Made by a program: the position numbers and the translations under genes. DNA of 63,731 nt, counting the filler, from Octopus bimaculoides (taxonomy: Eukaryota), in assembly GCF_001194135.2 (NCBI RefSeq). It is 8 parts of 8 records of this genome, joined end to end, with 100 filler letters (N's around TTAATTAATTAA, not from the genome) between each part and the next. Parts side by side here need not be neighbours in the genome. Positions count along the whole stretch, not along the records: positions 8,100 to 26,778 come from NC_068983.1; positions 26,879 to 37,452 come from NC_068997.1; positions 37,553 to 42,472 come from NC_068982.1; 5 more parts are not named here. One strand, 5' to 3'. Positions 25,622 to 37,868 of this stretch are shown one piece after another. The number at the start of each line of letters is the position of its first letter. Position 1 is the stretch's first letter. Below the pieces are notes generated by a model that was not told where the DNA came from, did not search any database, and worked only from the letters and a program-made list of their open reading frames with translations.

Positions 25622-26516
25622 CAGGGTGCAGTGAATAAACTGCACAAAAATGAAATTACACAAAATTACACAAAAATTAAAATAACATTGACATCTCATT
25701 TTAAAAGATATATTTTCCAAAATTACATAAAAATATCTTGAAATACTAAAGAGTAAATTTATTCAATAAAATCACCATTGCCTTCACCCACAGCCTCCAG
25801 GTGACTTCAGAATCTCCTGCAACTCTTCTGGATGGTCTCCTTGATTAACTTAGTGAATGCTGCCATAATCCTTGCCTTCAGTTCATCTTTGGTGTTACAA
25901 GGAGTTTTGTTGGTCTCTCACTCAACTGCACCCCACACATAATAATCAAGGGGGTTGCAGTCTGGGGACCTGGTGGCCAGATGTTAGGGGTGATGTGGTC
26001 ACAGAAATTGTCTGACAGCCATGACTGTGTTTTCCTGTTTGTGTGGCATGGTGCAGAGTCCTGTTACCAGACATAGGGTCTTCCAGCAGCCAGCCTCTTG
26101 ACCCAGGGCAGTACTACTTCCTCCAAATATTTGATGTAGGTCTCCGCGCTGAGTCTGAGGCAGTGTGGGAAGATGAATGGAGGAATAACGTTACTATCAC
26201 TAGTGATCACTCCAAAAACCATGTTGTTGACTGTTTGATTTTTATCATTTTCAGTACATGTCCTCAGATTGCACTATCCTTAGATTGACACCCAAACACT
26301 CTGAAATGTTCATATTGGCATTTCTAGCATGAATACCAAGCAGTACAGTATGTCGTTTCCAAATTTCTGAAAGAGTGAATTGTGTCATGGTGCTGTTTTC
26401 TGACAGATGGTGCCCAACTGACCCTACCATACTGTGTAGTCGACAAACTCAAAAACAAACAATGCACATGTGTAACATTAAAAATATAAAATGGTAACAA
26501 TTTACCCATTGCACCC

Positions 26517-26518
<2 letters not shown>
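25622..26518 (-). mobile_element. Tc1/mariner element, internally deleted, TA TSD
   Basis: TIRs cagggtgcagtgaataaactg / (rc) cagggtgcaatgggtaaattg, TA on both sides. Transposase remnants MVFGVITSD, YVW*QDSAPCH and IWPP on the minus strand. Confidence 0.88.
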
Positions 26519-26547
<29 letters not shown>

Positions 26548-26778
26548 GACGACTGCTCCATCTTGACAGACGATAGCAATCCCATCAACAATCCACACAT
26601 ATCATCACGCAGTACAATCTCTCCGTTGGTGAGCCCTCAAGTGACTTTGAAGTCCGGCTGCTGAGCGACAAGGTCTACAGCACAGATGACAAATGTTCAG
26701 GCCTCTCGATCCTTGCCCGCTGGTATCTGACTCTAAGGAAACGCTTCTGTGAACCAGCATATGTCTCTTAAGTCCGGG
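26548..26778 (-). mobile_element. RTE-like LINE 3' end (second family)
   Basis: Minus frame ends NICHLCCRPCRSAAGLQSHLRAHQRRDCTA* (C2H2-type finger), then a short UTR running into (TA)n. Confidence 0.75.
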
Positions 26779-29489
26779 NNNNNNNNNNNNNNNNNNNNNN
26801 NNNNNNNNNNNNNNNNNNNNNNTTAATTAATTAANNNNNNNNNNNNNNNNNNNNNNNNNNNNNNNNNNNNNNNNNNNNTATATATATACACATAAGAACC
26901 CTGGAGATGTTGAGCATCTGCAACAAGTGGGCTGAGGAAAATATTATGCAGGTTGATGCTAGAAATTTCCAAGCCCTGCGCTACCTACACACGAACCTGA
27001 ATGAAAACTGGAGAGGATACACTGGTCGAAGGGGAACTGCAATCCCTGAAACAAAATCATTGCTCAGCTGGCATTTATATCATCAACCCTGGTCCTAATT
27101 TGGGGTTAGGGTAGAGATCAAGTCGATTATATTGACTCCAGTGTTTGACGGATACTTATTTTATCAACCCCCCCAATAGAATGAAACGTATTTGAACGCA
27201 GAACCTAAAGCCAAAAGAAATTATGCTAAGCATTAATAGATAAACAATTTCCTATAGGTGTGAATGACAATGTACAGTATAACCTTGAACATTGCAGAAC
27301 CATATACGACCTTACGACTTTATTTACCCCATGCTTGACAAATAAAAGAAAAAAATTAACCGGACTATTCTGAACATTGAGAAAAGTATAAATAAAACTA
27401 TAACTTACTCATACGATTATATGTAGCTTTTGCTTTTTGTTTTCGTGGTATGTACACCTGAAAGCCTTCAATAAAACCTTTAGTATTTGATATATGTTTA
27501 TTGAAGTGAAAAAGATTAAATTTTCTGAAATTTCGTTTCATGCAGTTGGTATACAGTAAATGGATATGAATTGAGACGAGCTGACTGTTAATGGCTTAAA
27601 TTTCGATGGCCTTGTTTTCACGTGATCACGATGGTTGTTGTCACATTAATATTGTGTATCAGAAGTGTCTTTGTCAAAATTTCCGAGAAGGAATTAGTGT
27701 ATGTGTCAACACATACAAAAATAATCACATCGAATAATTGGTCTAAGTTGTTGTTTAGACCCAGGTCAGCCTTGATCCAAAAGAACTCTGACTGAAGGCG
27801 TTTCTTTATCCATTGTACATTGTCCAATGTAATCATATAAGACGGTGGGATTTGTAAGATATTTGACTGTTATTTCTAGTAGATCGAGCGACGGTACAGA
27901 GGCTCACTTTTTGGTTCGTAAAGTTCAAAGGTGATAACATAGTAACAAAGTAGACTTAATGCTTTCACTTTGCCCCAGATCAAATCCGATCGACCAAGCG
28001 AATGATCAGAGTCTTTCTAATCGTGACCATCCCATCGTCTTTTTTTTATCGTAGTACATTGTCTAATATGCCCATATCCTTCCCTTTTTACAGTGATGAG
28101 GTGTATTTTTAGTGTAATTCTAAGACAATTTACTATACTTGCTGTTGTTATTTAACACGAAGGTGGCCCTGAGTAAGAAGAGCTACCACCAAAAGGCTTT
28201 ACCACTGGGACCATGTAATCTATTTAAAGGTATAATATATATATAGGATTACGCATTCTATTATATTTTCGTTTCTTTAAGGAATGTGGCCTTCCTTTTC
28301 GAAGGGCATGTTTAGAAGAAATTTTAGCTGCAAGCTCTAACAATCAAGCGATTGCACAGGCCAGTGTGAGGATGTTTGTCAGTATCAGGCGTTAATTATG
28401 TGTATAAGAATATATGGGACACATTTATGTTGAGAGTAATAAGTCTTTAATGTCTAAATTTTACAGGATTAAGCCATTATTCTTTTCATTTTGGTTGTTT
28501 TAGCGGGTTTTAGAGGATTCGTCATTGTGTAGCTTCAAATTAAAATGCAAGTAAAATTTCAGATAGGAGTAATGAGTTCTCTCTCCAGACGCAGCGGAAT
28601 CCTCATTGATTTGTTGTTTTGGGAGGAAGGGAAAATCCCATAGAACTCCGTTTAAGCGGAAAGTAGGTGGAGTCTTCAGAGCGATGGAGAGGATGCGTTG
28701 AGGTATTTGTTTCGATCATTTGCATTTTGAGTTCAAATCCCGACGTAGCCTGTTTGGAGAGTGGACTTAATGTATCACCCGTTATAGCACTACCAACTGG
28801 TCCTGCTGAGACTTGTTGTTGTTGGCACTCCGTCGCTTACGACGTCGAGGGTTCCAGTTGATCCGTGAAATTAACGTGCAAGTGGCTGAGCACTCCACAG
28901 ACACGTGTACCCTTAACGTAGTTCTCGGGGATATTCAGCGTGACACAGAGTGAAAAAGCTGACCTTTTGAATTACAGGTACAATAGAAACAGCAGCATCG
29001 GTTGTCAAGCAATGTTGGGGGTGGACACACACACACACACACACACTCACAAGGTGCCCAGCAGTGCGACTGAACCCGGAACCATGTGGTTGGTAAGCAT
29101 GCTACTTACCACACTGTCACTCCTCTCAAGAAAATGATAACACAATACAAGGAAGTTAAACTTGACACGGCTGATAATAACAGTTAAATGTTAAGAATAA
29201 CATAATCACCAGATACAGAACTAGATTTATATCTTTGTTAAGTCATTGATACAGAAATAGATTTCAAATGACGGTATGTAAAGTATTTTTGAAGAGATAT
29301 ATAACGAAATCCAAGAAGATTATGAAGAAATCAGGTAAGCTAATGTGGCACCGCTGAGAGCAAAATGGCTACAATTACATGAATGTTGATGATCCTTGTC
29401 TCCTGTTTCAAGGCTGCTGTTCACTGCAGGACATCGTAATACATAAATATATGGATCTCCGTTGATTTCGACGATGAATGTGTTAATTG

Positions 29490-29900
29490 CTTAATCAAAG
29501 ATCAGTGGATGTAATCAACTTCGAAACTTGACTGGTACTTTCTTTTACCGACCCCGAAACGATGAAAGTCAAAGTTGACTTTAGCGAGATATGAACTTAG
29601 AACGTAAGGAGCCTGAATAAATACCGCAAACCATTTTTTGACATTTTAACGATTCTGAGAACTCACCGCGTTTTAGTCCTTCTTACTAGAGATACACGAT
29701 GTGAAATTTTTGTGAAGAAGTGATAAGCTGATTACATCGACCACAGTGCTTGACTAGCACTTATTTTATCGACACCGGAAGGATAAAAGACAAAATCTGC
29801 TACGGCAGAATTTGAACTCAGAAAGTAAAGACAGACGAAATGCTGTTGAGCATTATTGTTCGGCGTGCTAACGATTCTGCCAGGTCGCCGTTTTCACCGC
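29490..29900 (-). mobile_element. Two diverged SINE copies of the ggcgagctggcagaatcgttagc family
   Basis: Both contain the cttattttatcgac...aaggat...aaagtcga...gaatttgaactcag core shared with 31470-31871. Confidence 0.7.
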
Positions 29901-30911
29901 GTTATAATTTCTTATTTAGACACAAGGTAAGCAATCGTGATGGGGAGAGACTTAGGGAAAACCAACGACATATTACATGACTTGTACAATATCTTATCGA
30001 CCCCCAGAGGGATTTCAAACCAAGAAATAAAGAACTGGAACATAAACCGCAAGACATTTTTTCTGATGCTCTGCCGATTCTGCCAGTTCTTGCCTTCTAT
30101 TGATTTTTGATTTATGCTATCCTTAGTATTCTCCGATGATCAGATAACTGAAGAGATGGCGGTGCGGGTTTCCGCCCCGGCATCTGACACTCGGAGTTTT
30201 ATCATGGCTACCGAATAATTGTCACATATTATTTACATCTAAATTCCTCTACCTACATAATATCGAGGTCTCTTTCTTTCTTTTGTTGTCTTACCTTTTC
30301 TATCAATATATATATATATANNNNNNNNNNNNNNNNNNNNNNNNNNNNNNNNNNNNNNNNNNNNNNNNNNATATATGTATGTATGTATGTATGTGACGGT
30401 TTCCGTCTACCGAATCCCCTCACATGGCTTTGGTCAACCCCTGGCTGCAGTAGAAGATATTTAGTCAAAGTACCACGCAATAGCACTGAACTTGAAACCA
30501 TGTGCAACTGTCATATGTCTTACGTCTTATTACACGGCAACGTCAAGATGGTTTTTTTTTTTTTTTTAAATCAGTATTCATTCCATTAAAGAAATTAAAA
30601 AAAGCATTTGCTAAAAGTCGAATTATATTTCTAGTATGGAGGCTCGCTTGCTTGTTTTCTTCATGCTGTCGCTTGATAAAGTTGAGGTCATCCCAGGTTA
30701 GTAGGCCCAGAGAAGTTATCATACGTCGAGCCGACCACGTCCTCCAGTGCTTTGTATCGCTGGCGGTCCGTTGCCAGATTCTTAGCATACGCGTATATAT
30801 GCTGCCAAGTATTTCTTCCAGTTCTAGCACAGTAACGATTCTGCCAGCTCGACGCCTTTTCTCATCCAAATGTATATTGAGTAACATTTTTCTCTCTTTC
30901 TCTTTTCCTAG

Positions 30912-31122
30912 GTGCCTATGAACTTGGGGCTATAGACCCAAGTCTTTATAAAATTGTTGATGAAGATGAAGATTACGACATGTCTGACGACCATATCGGT
31001 CGATTGTGGTTTACGGTGGAGTACGAACGGGAAACGGAAAAGCTGCTCGTTACTCTAATCAAAGCGAAAAACTTACCCAGCCGTACAATGAGTAGTTCAA
31101 ACGGATGCGACCCCTTCGTCAG
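30912..31122 (+). CDS. SYT15: Internal coding exon of a synaptotagmin (SYT15-like): linker plus first half of the C2A domain
   Basis: Polypyrimidine acceptor (ctctttctcttttcctag, AG at 30910-30911) and GTGAGT donor at 31123. 211 nt, phase 1 to phase 2, open frame (G)AYELGAIDPSLYKIVDEDEDYDMSDDHIGRLWFTVEYERETEKLLVTLIKAKNLPSRTMSSSNGCDPFVR. GRLWFxVEYExExExLLVxLIKA matches the SYT15 C2A N-terminus as I recall it. The subfamily call is from memory. Confidence 0.85.
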
Positions 31123-31469
31123 GTGAGTAAACACCATTGTAACGCTTTCTTAGATTTCTATTATAACAAATTAACGTGCTACTTTGGCGTGTGGTCTACA
31201 ACTCCAAGGACGAATACTTTAGTTTATTTTGTTTACGCTGCAAATCTCGTGGCTGCCAAACTTGCGTGATTTACACGCTTATTCTAATTATTATATATTT
31301 TTTATTCTTGGTTTCTCATTATTATTCACAAAAACATAAATGAAACATGGTTTTATTGTTATTAAAATAATAACAATTTTCAAAAAATACATTTACAATG
31401 CTAAGTATGTACAAAAAATAATATTGTAAAAAAATTTTTAACCTGCAGTTTAAGGGTTTTTTAAAATTG

Positions 31470-31871
31470 AAAACTTTTGGGGAGGGGCCAGTCGATTAGA
31501 TCGGCCCCAGTACAAAACTGGTTCTTAATTTATCGACCCGAAAGGATGAAAGGCGAAGTCAACCTCGGCGGAATTTGAACTCAGAAGGTAAAGGTAGACG
31601 AAATACCACAAAGCATTTCGTCCGGTGTGATAACGTTTCTTATTTTTTTATTGCCGACAAGGGGCTAAACATAGAGGGGCAAACAAGGACAGACAAAAGG
31701 ATTAAGTCGATTACATCGACCCCAGTGCCTAACTGGTACTTAGTTTATCGACCCCGAAAGGATGAAAGGCAAAGTCGACCTCGGCGGAATTTGAACTCAG
31801 AACATAACGGCAGACGAAATACCACAAAGCATTTCGCCCGGCGTGCTAACGTTTCTGCCATCTCGCCGCCT
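31470..31871 (-). mobile_element. Two tandem tRNA-derived SINE copies (31470-31635 diverged; 31637-31871 near full length)
   Basis: Minus head ggcggcgagatggcagaaacgttagcacgccgggcgaaatgc...ctgagttcaaattcc (B box). Same family at 21715-21938, 24468-24650, 47215-47395, 47435-47640, 50053-50270, 56765-56935 and 60441-60652. Confidence 0.85.
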
Positions 31872-32830
31872 TGTGCTGCGTAGATATTGGAAGTCAAACC
31901 AGCTCTCCAGATTTAAGCTTCGTTTTGATCTCAGTACTTCAAGCTAATGAAACACCAACCAATTAAAGCTATGAAACATATGTAGCTTGGATTTTACAAA
32001 AACCGTTATAGTTCCTGAAAGTTGGTTTTTATATCTTCTNNNNNNNNNNNNNNNNNNNNNNNNNNNNNNNNNNNNNNNNNNNNNNNNNNNNNNNNNNNNN
32101 NNNNNNNNNNNNNNNNNNNNNNNNNNNNNNNNNNNNNNNNNNNNNNNNNNNNNNNNNNNNNNNNNNNNNNNNNNNNNNNNNNNNNNNNNNNNNNNNNNNN
32201 NNNNNNNNNNNNNNNNNNNNNNNNNNNNNNNNNNNNNNNNNNNNNNNNNNNNNNNNNNNNNNNNNNNNNNNNNNNNNNNNNNNNNNNNNNNNNNNNNNNN
32301 NTAGTCGTTATATAGCGTGGAATTATACATTTGACACTACAGATATTATCAGGAGAACGTTGAGCATTTAGTGATTATAATATGACTTGCTTCTTTTCAT
32401 TTCTGAAATAACTTGGTGTTTACACAAAAGGACGAACTGAATACTAATTTTTGAAACAAAAATAATTAGATAAGATTATTTAAAAGAATATTCATAAAGG
32501 AAAACAAAACTAAAAACAAAATTACTCTCCACGGTAATTTTCACACGCCCGCTTACACGCACTCACTCACCCACATTCATACACACACACAGAGAGGCAG
32601 AGGCACACACACATCATGTCTTTCTCTGTGTTTCTCCTCTCTCTTTCCTACTCTCCCCCTCTCTCTATACACACACACACACACACACATACACACAAAC
32701 ACACGTATGTATATACATATATATGTATATATACACGCATATGCGTATATAAATATGATATATATGTATGTATTTATATATGTTTGTGCGTGTGTATATA
32801 CATATACATACATATCTCTTTTTTCTCTTT

Positions 32831-32898
<68 letters not shown>

Positions 32899-33144
32899 GA
32901 TTCTTTCTGAACATGTGTGCGTGGTGTATTTGTCGTTCATTCACTCGTTGCATTCCCCTAAGCCTAACATATGCACTCGTCTTTCCCTCTCTTACGATAA
33001 ATCTCTTTCTCTCCCTCTCCTTCCCTTCTCTCTATATGATGTAAAGCATGACAGAAAAAAAAATCAAGCAATCAACCAACCAATAATTATATAGGCTATT
33101 ACAATATAGAGACATGCAAATTAAGACTATAAAAACTCACTTTA

Positions 33145-33514
33145 TCTATATATATAAAAATGAGAATGTGTGTCTGTCTGTCTGTCTGTCTGTCTGTGTG
33201 AATCCCTAAAACTCGAGAACTACGCAACCAATTTCATTCAAATTTTACACATGCCTTACTTAGGGTTCCAGTTGTGTTTTAGTCAAAAAAAAATTATTAA
33301 CTTCTTGCAGAGTTCGAGCACACGGCAACATAATATCTCCTCCACTATTTAAGTATTACGTGTCAAAAGTGAAACAAAAACACTCATGTCAAATACTTTC
33401 ACTTTAAAAATGAAACTATTCCACTAACTGAAACAATCACATTTCGATACTGTAGTGACAGATACTTTCACAGAGAGAGAAAGAGAGAAAGAGAGAGACA
33501 GAAAGAGAGAGAGA
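33145..33514 (+). mobile_element. Probable non-autonomous Helitron 5' part, running into a gap
   Basis: A|TCTATATATATAAAAATGAGAATG followed by (TCTG)n. A TC start after A is the Helitron 5' signature. Confidence 0.5.
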
Positions 33515-34433
33515 NNNNNNNNNNNNNNNNNNNNNNNNNNNNNNNNNNNNNNNNNNNNNNNNNNNNNNNNNNNNNNNNNNNNNNNNNNNNNNNNNNNNNN
33601 NNNNNNNNNNNNNNNNNNNNNNNNNNNNNNNNNNNNNNNNNNNNNNNNNNNNNNNNNNNNNNNNNNNNNNNNNNNNNNNNNNNNNNNNNNNNNNNNNNNN
33701 NNNNNNNNNNNNNNNNNNNNNNNNNNNNNNNNNNNNNNNNNNNNNNNNNNNNNNNNNNNNNNNNNNNNNNNNNNNNNNNNNNNNNNNNNNNNNNNNNNNN
33801 NNNNNNNNNNNNNNNNNNNNNNNNNNNNNNNNNNNNNNNNNNNNNNNNNNNNNNNNNNNNNNNNNNNNNNNNNNNNNNNNNNNNNNNNNNNNNNNNNNNN
33901 NNNNNNNNNNNNNNNNNNNNNNNNNNNNNNNNNNNNNNNNNNNNNNNNNNNNNNNNNNNNNNNNNNNNNNNNNNNNNNNNNNNNNNNNNNNNNNNNNNNN
34001 NNNNNNNNNNNNNNNNNNNNNNNNNNNNNNNNNNNNNNNNNNNNNNNNNNNNNNNNNNNNNNNNNNNNNNNNNNNNNNNNNNNNNNNNNNNNNNNNNNNN
34101 NNNNNNNNNNNNNNNNNNNNNNNNNNNNNNNNNNNNNNNNNNNNNNNNNNNNNNNNNNNNNNNNNNNNNNNNNNNNNNNNNNNNNNNNNNNNNNNNNNNN
34201 NNNNNNNNNNNNNNNNNNNNNNNNNNNNNNNNNNNNNNNNNNNNNNNNNNNNNNNNNNNNNNNNNNNNNNNNNNNNNNNNNNNNNNNNNNNNNNNNNACA
34301 ATGAGGTGTTATAATCACAACAGCAAGAAAGTATGTACATGATCACCTTCTTTTACGAAACTTCATTGACTTTCATATATTTATATTGATATACATATAT
34401 ATACGTGTGTTTGGGTGCGTGTGTGTATATACA

Positions 34434-34524
34434 TCTCTATATATAAAGATGATGCGTAGTCTAGACGGCGTTTTTAGATTTCATTATTCTCTTTAACCCG
34501 GGCAACGCCGGGTATTTCTGCTAG
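34434..34524 (+). mobile_element. 91-bp mini-Helitron
   Basis: A|TCTCTATATATAAAG ... cccgggcaacgccggg hairpin ... CTAG|T. Inserted between A and T with no TSD. Confidence 0.75.
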
Positions 34525-35109
34525 TAATTGATAAATTGGCAGATGCACGGTTGCGTCACTAAGAAAATTGCTTCGTAATCTCGTAGTTTCAGGGTCAATC
34601 ACACACCACAACATATCATACTATAGCCTGAGATACAATATTTTAAAAATGGAAACTGGATGGAAGCTAAAAAAAGAAGCTGTCATGGTATTCATACCTG
34701 TTACAGGAGTATTTATAACTTAGTTGACACGATTCACTCCCTATCTGGAGTCGAAACCAAAACCCAATCCGGTAAGGATTGGGAGAACTTTTTTTCTACT
34801 CTCATCGCTCCTTTACGTTCTGAAATGAAATTTATAGGGGTACGAAATCCGTTGTTCTTGAAGGGTAGATTTTTATCACGAGGTATGCAGTCAAGTAAAT
34901 CGAGCCTTGAGTGTCGTACCATAAGCGTGATTCGAACGCAAGACGCAGATTGTCTAAAACTACTTCATTTCTCACCACTTTACCTTTTAAATCAATTAAT
35001 CAATTCAATCAACCTTTAAGTTAAGATAATTAGGAAAAAGAAAAGAGAAGAAAAGACAGAAAGAGAGAGAAAGAGAGAGAGAAAGTGTAAAAGTTTGTTA
35101 TGCAAAGAA

Positions 35110-35330
35110 CGTGTGTGCGTGTGTGTGTGTGTCTATACATATGTATGTGTATATATGTGTATATACATGTATGTATATGTGTGTGTGTGAGTGTATCGTG
35201 TGTGAATAGGTGTTTTGCGTGTGAATGCGCATGTGTGTGTGTATATATACATGTGTATGCATATATGTGTGTATACATGTATGTATGTGTGTGTGATATG
35301 TGTTTGCGTGTGAATGTGTGTGTGTGTGTT

Positions 35331-35366
<36 letters not shown>

Positions 35367-35546
35367 TATACATATGTATGTGTATATATGTGTATATACA
35401 TGTATGTATATGTGTGTGTGCGAGTGTGTCGTGTGTGAATAGGTGTTTTGCGTGTGAATGCGTATGTGATTGTGTATCTATACATGTGTATGCATATATA
35501 TGTGTATACATGTATGTATGTGTGTGTGATATGTGTTTGCGTGTGA

Positions 35547-35600
<54 letters not shown>
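35110..35600 (+). repeat. Tandem duplication of a composite microsatellite unit of about 240 bp
   Basis: The non-repetitive anchors cgtgtgtgaataggtgttttgcgtgtgaatgcg and gatatgtgtttgcgtgtgaatg each occur twice, about 240 bp apart. Confidence 0.8.
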
Positions 35601-35619
<19 letters not shown>

Positions 35620-36599
35620 GTGTATTTGTATTTTGAGGAAGATGTTGCTGCAAGTGACATGCGTTAATTTAGATTCACTGCCTCGTCTTAATGACCGCGA
35701 GACACGGTCCATTGTTAGCTACAGGAACATCATCAGCGTCATCACCTGCAGCAGCAACATTAGCAGCAGCAACATTAGCAGCAGCAGCAGCAGCACCACC
35801 ACCACCACCACCACCACCACCACCAGCTACCGATNNNNNNNNNNNNNNNNNNNNNNNNNNNNNNNNNNNNNNNNNNNNNNNNNNNNNNNNNNNNNNNNNN
35901 NNNNNNNNNNNNNNNNNNNNNNNNNNNNNNNNNNNNNNNNNNNNNNNNNNNNNNNNNNNNNNNNNNNNNNNNNNNNNNNNNNNNNNNNNNNNNNNNNNNN
36001 NNNNNNNNNNNNNNNNNNNNNNNNNNNNNNNNNNNNNNNNNNNNNNNNNNNNNNNNNNNNNNNNNNNNNNNNNNNNNNNNNNNNNNNNNNNNNNNNNNNN
36101 NNNNNNNNNNNNNNNNNNNNNNNNNNNNNNNNNNNNNNNNNNNNNNNNNNNNNNNNNNNNNNNNNNNNNNNNNNNNNNNNNNNNNNNNNNNNNNNNNNNN
36201 NNNNNNNNNNNNNNNNNNNNNNNNNNNNNNNNNNNNNNNNNNNNNNNNNNNNNNNNNNNNNNNNNNNNNNNNNNNNNNNNNNNNNNNNNNNNNNNNNNNN
36301 NNNNNNNNNNNNNNNNNNNNNNNNNNNNNNNNNNNNNNNNNNNNNNNNNNNNNNNNNNNNNNNNNNNNNNNNNNNNNNNNNNNNNNNNNNNNNNNNNNNN
36401 NNNNNNNNNNNNNNNNNNNNNNNNNNNNNNNNNNNNNNNNNNNNNNNNNNNNNNNNNNNATATATATATATATACGTATGTGTGAATCTACTAGATCCAA
36501 TTTTTCTGCTATATTCCTTCCCAAGTTCCTGGTATTATGGTTTCTATTTTCTGCACTGAAGAGTAAGTTGACATTTAAAATAAATAATAAAAATAAATA

Positions 36600-36825
36600 C
36601 GCCCTTTTAAAGCCTAGCCAGGCTCATGGGCCCGGTTTCCTGGTTTCAATGGCGTATGTGTTCTGCAGCTGGACGGGACGCCAGTCCATCGCAGTGTTAC
36701 TCATTTTTGCCAGCTGAGTGGACTGGAGCAACGTGAAATGAAGTGTTTTGCTCAAGAACACAACGCGTCACCGGTCCAGGAATTGAAACCACAAGCTTAC
36801 GATCATCATGCTGACACCCTCAGCT
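36600..36825 (-). mobile_element. tRNA-derived SINE of a further family; older copy at about 18845-19090 (+)
   Basis: Minus strand ggtttcaattcc (B box)...gttgtgttcttgagcaaaacacttcatttcacgttgctccagtccactcagctg. The cagtccactcagctg motif is shared with 18954-18968. Confidence 0.65.
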
Positions 36826-37399
36826 CTGGGACCCTCTCCATACACAGCACAAATGTCGCGAGCAGCTTTTGCGGCCTTAGAACCTTGATTAAAAGCAAAA
36901 AGAAGGCGGTGTCGAAAATGCTTGCTTTTCTTAACTTGACATTCCATTTTAATGATCTGAAAATGAAAAATAGAATTCTCGAAAAACTAGATTCCAAAAT
37001 TTAGAAACGCAATAAATTCCAAAATTTATTAAAACCGCGGGAACTTAGTTGCCAACCCAATACATAAGAACACAAATGGGTGGTGGAGACTCACATCAAG
37101 TGTTTCAGCAGCATTTATTTATTGATCAATAGATCGACTGCATCGATTACACAAGAAAATAATCCGCTTTCAGCAGATGAGTTTAAAATTAGGTAGGAAC
37201 ACACTATTGACCAAATTGTGGTATATTTTTCGTAAAACGAATTTAGACACAAACGTGGTTATTTGTCAAGAAAATGCTGATGGTAGAAATCCTGTCGAAC
37301 CAGTTGCATGCGTAGCATATAGGTGCAACCAATGAGCAATTAGTTAAGCACCACACTTCGTTGATGGCCTCCACATACATACATATATATGTGTGTGTG

Positions 37400-37452
<53 letters not shown>

Positions 37453-37552
37453 NNNNNNNNNNNNNNNNNNNNNNNNNNNNNNNNNNNNNNNNNNNNTTAA
37501 TTAATTAANNNNNNNNNNNNNNNNNNNNNNNNNNNNNNNNNNNNNNNNNNNN

Positions 37553-37868
37553 GTGAGCGTTCCGATAGTGCATTACCTGTCTGGCCAACGTACAGTTCTT
37601 CACAATTAGGGCATTTGATGCAGTAGATTAGATTTCTACTTTTGCAGTTCATGTTCGCATTGGTGAATATTTTCCCTGTTTTTGTGTTCATATATGGGCC
37701 GGTATGAATTGATCGGCATGTACCGCATCGGCTATCATTGCATTTGGATACAGTGAATGTTTGATTTTTGTTGCTGAGGTCAAACCTTGCCTTTGTTAAT
37801 AGCTTTTTCAAGTTTTTAGGTTGTCTCTTACTGAGAGTTATATTTTGATCTGTAATGATATTTCTCAA
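37553..37868 (-). mobile_element. Penelope-like GIY-YIG endonuclease region (second lineage), truncated by a gap
   Basis: RQPKNLKKLLTKA...KCNDSRCGTC...NMNCKSRNLIYCIKCPNCEELYVGQTGNALSER. Confidence 0.88.

Noticed and set aside
29295-29334. Candidate phase-1 exon ending at a GTAAGC donor (RYITKSKKIMKKS-G)
   Set aside because: Poor acceptor (no pyrimidine tract before gaag) and no homology support.
30543-30887. 114-aa antisense ORF just upstream of the SYT exon
   Set aside because: It contains a decayed SINE head (cgagctggcagaatcgtta) and ends in a poly-A/T run. No domain is recognisable.
35691-35833. Poly-Ala/poly-Pro ORF resembling a transcription-factor N-terminus
   Set aside because: It is produced by (AGC)n(ACC)n trinucleotide repeats next to a gap, with no Met start or splice support.
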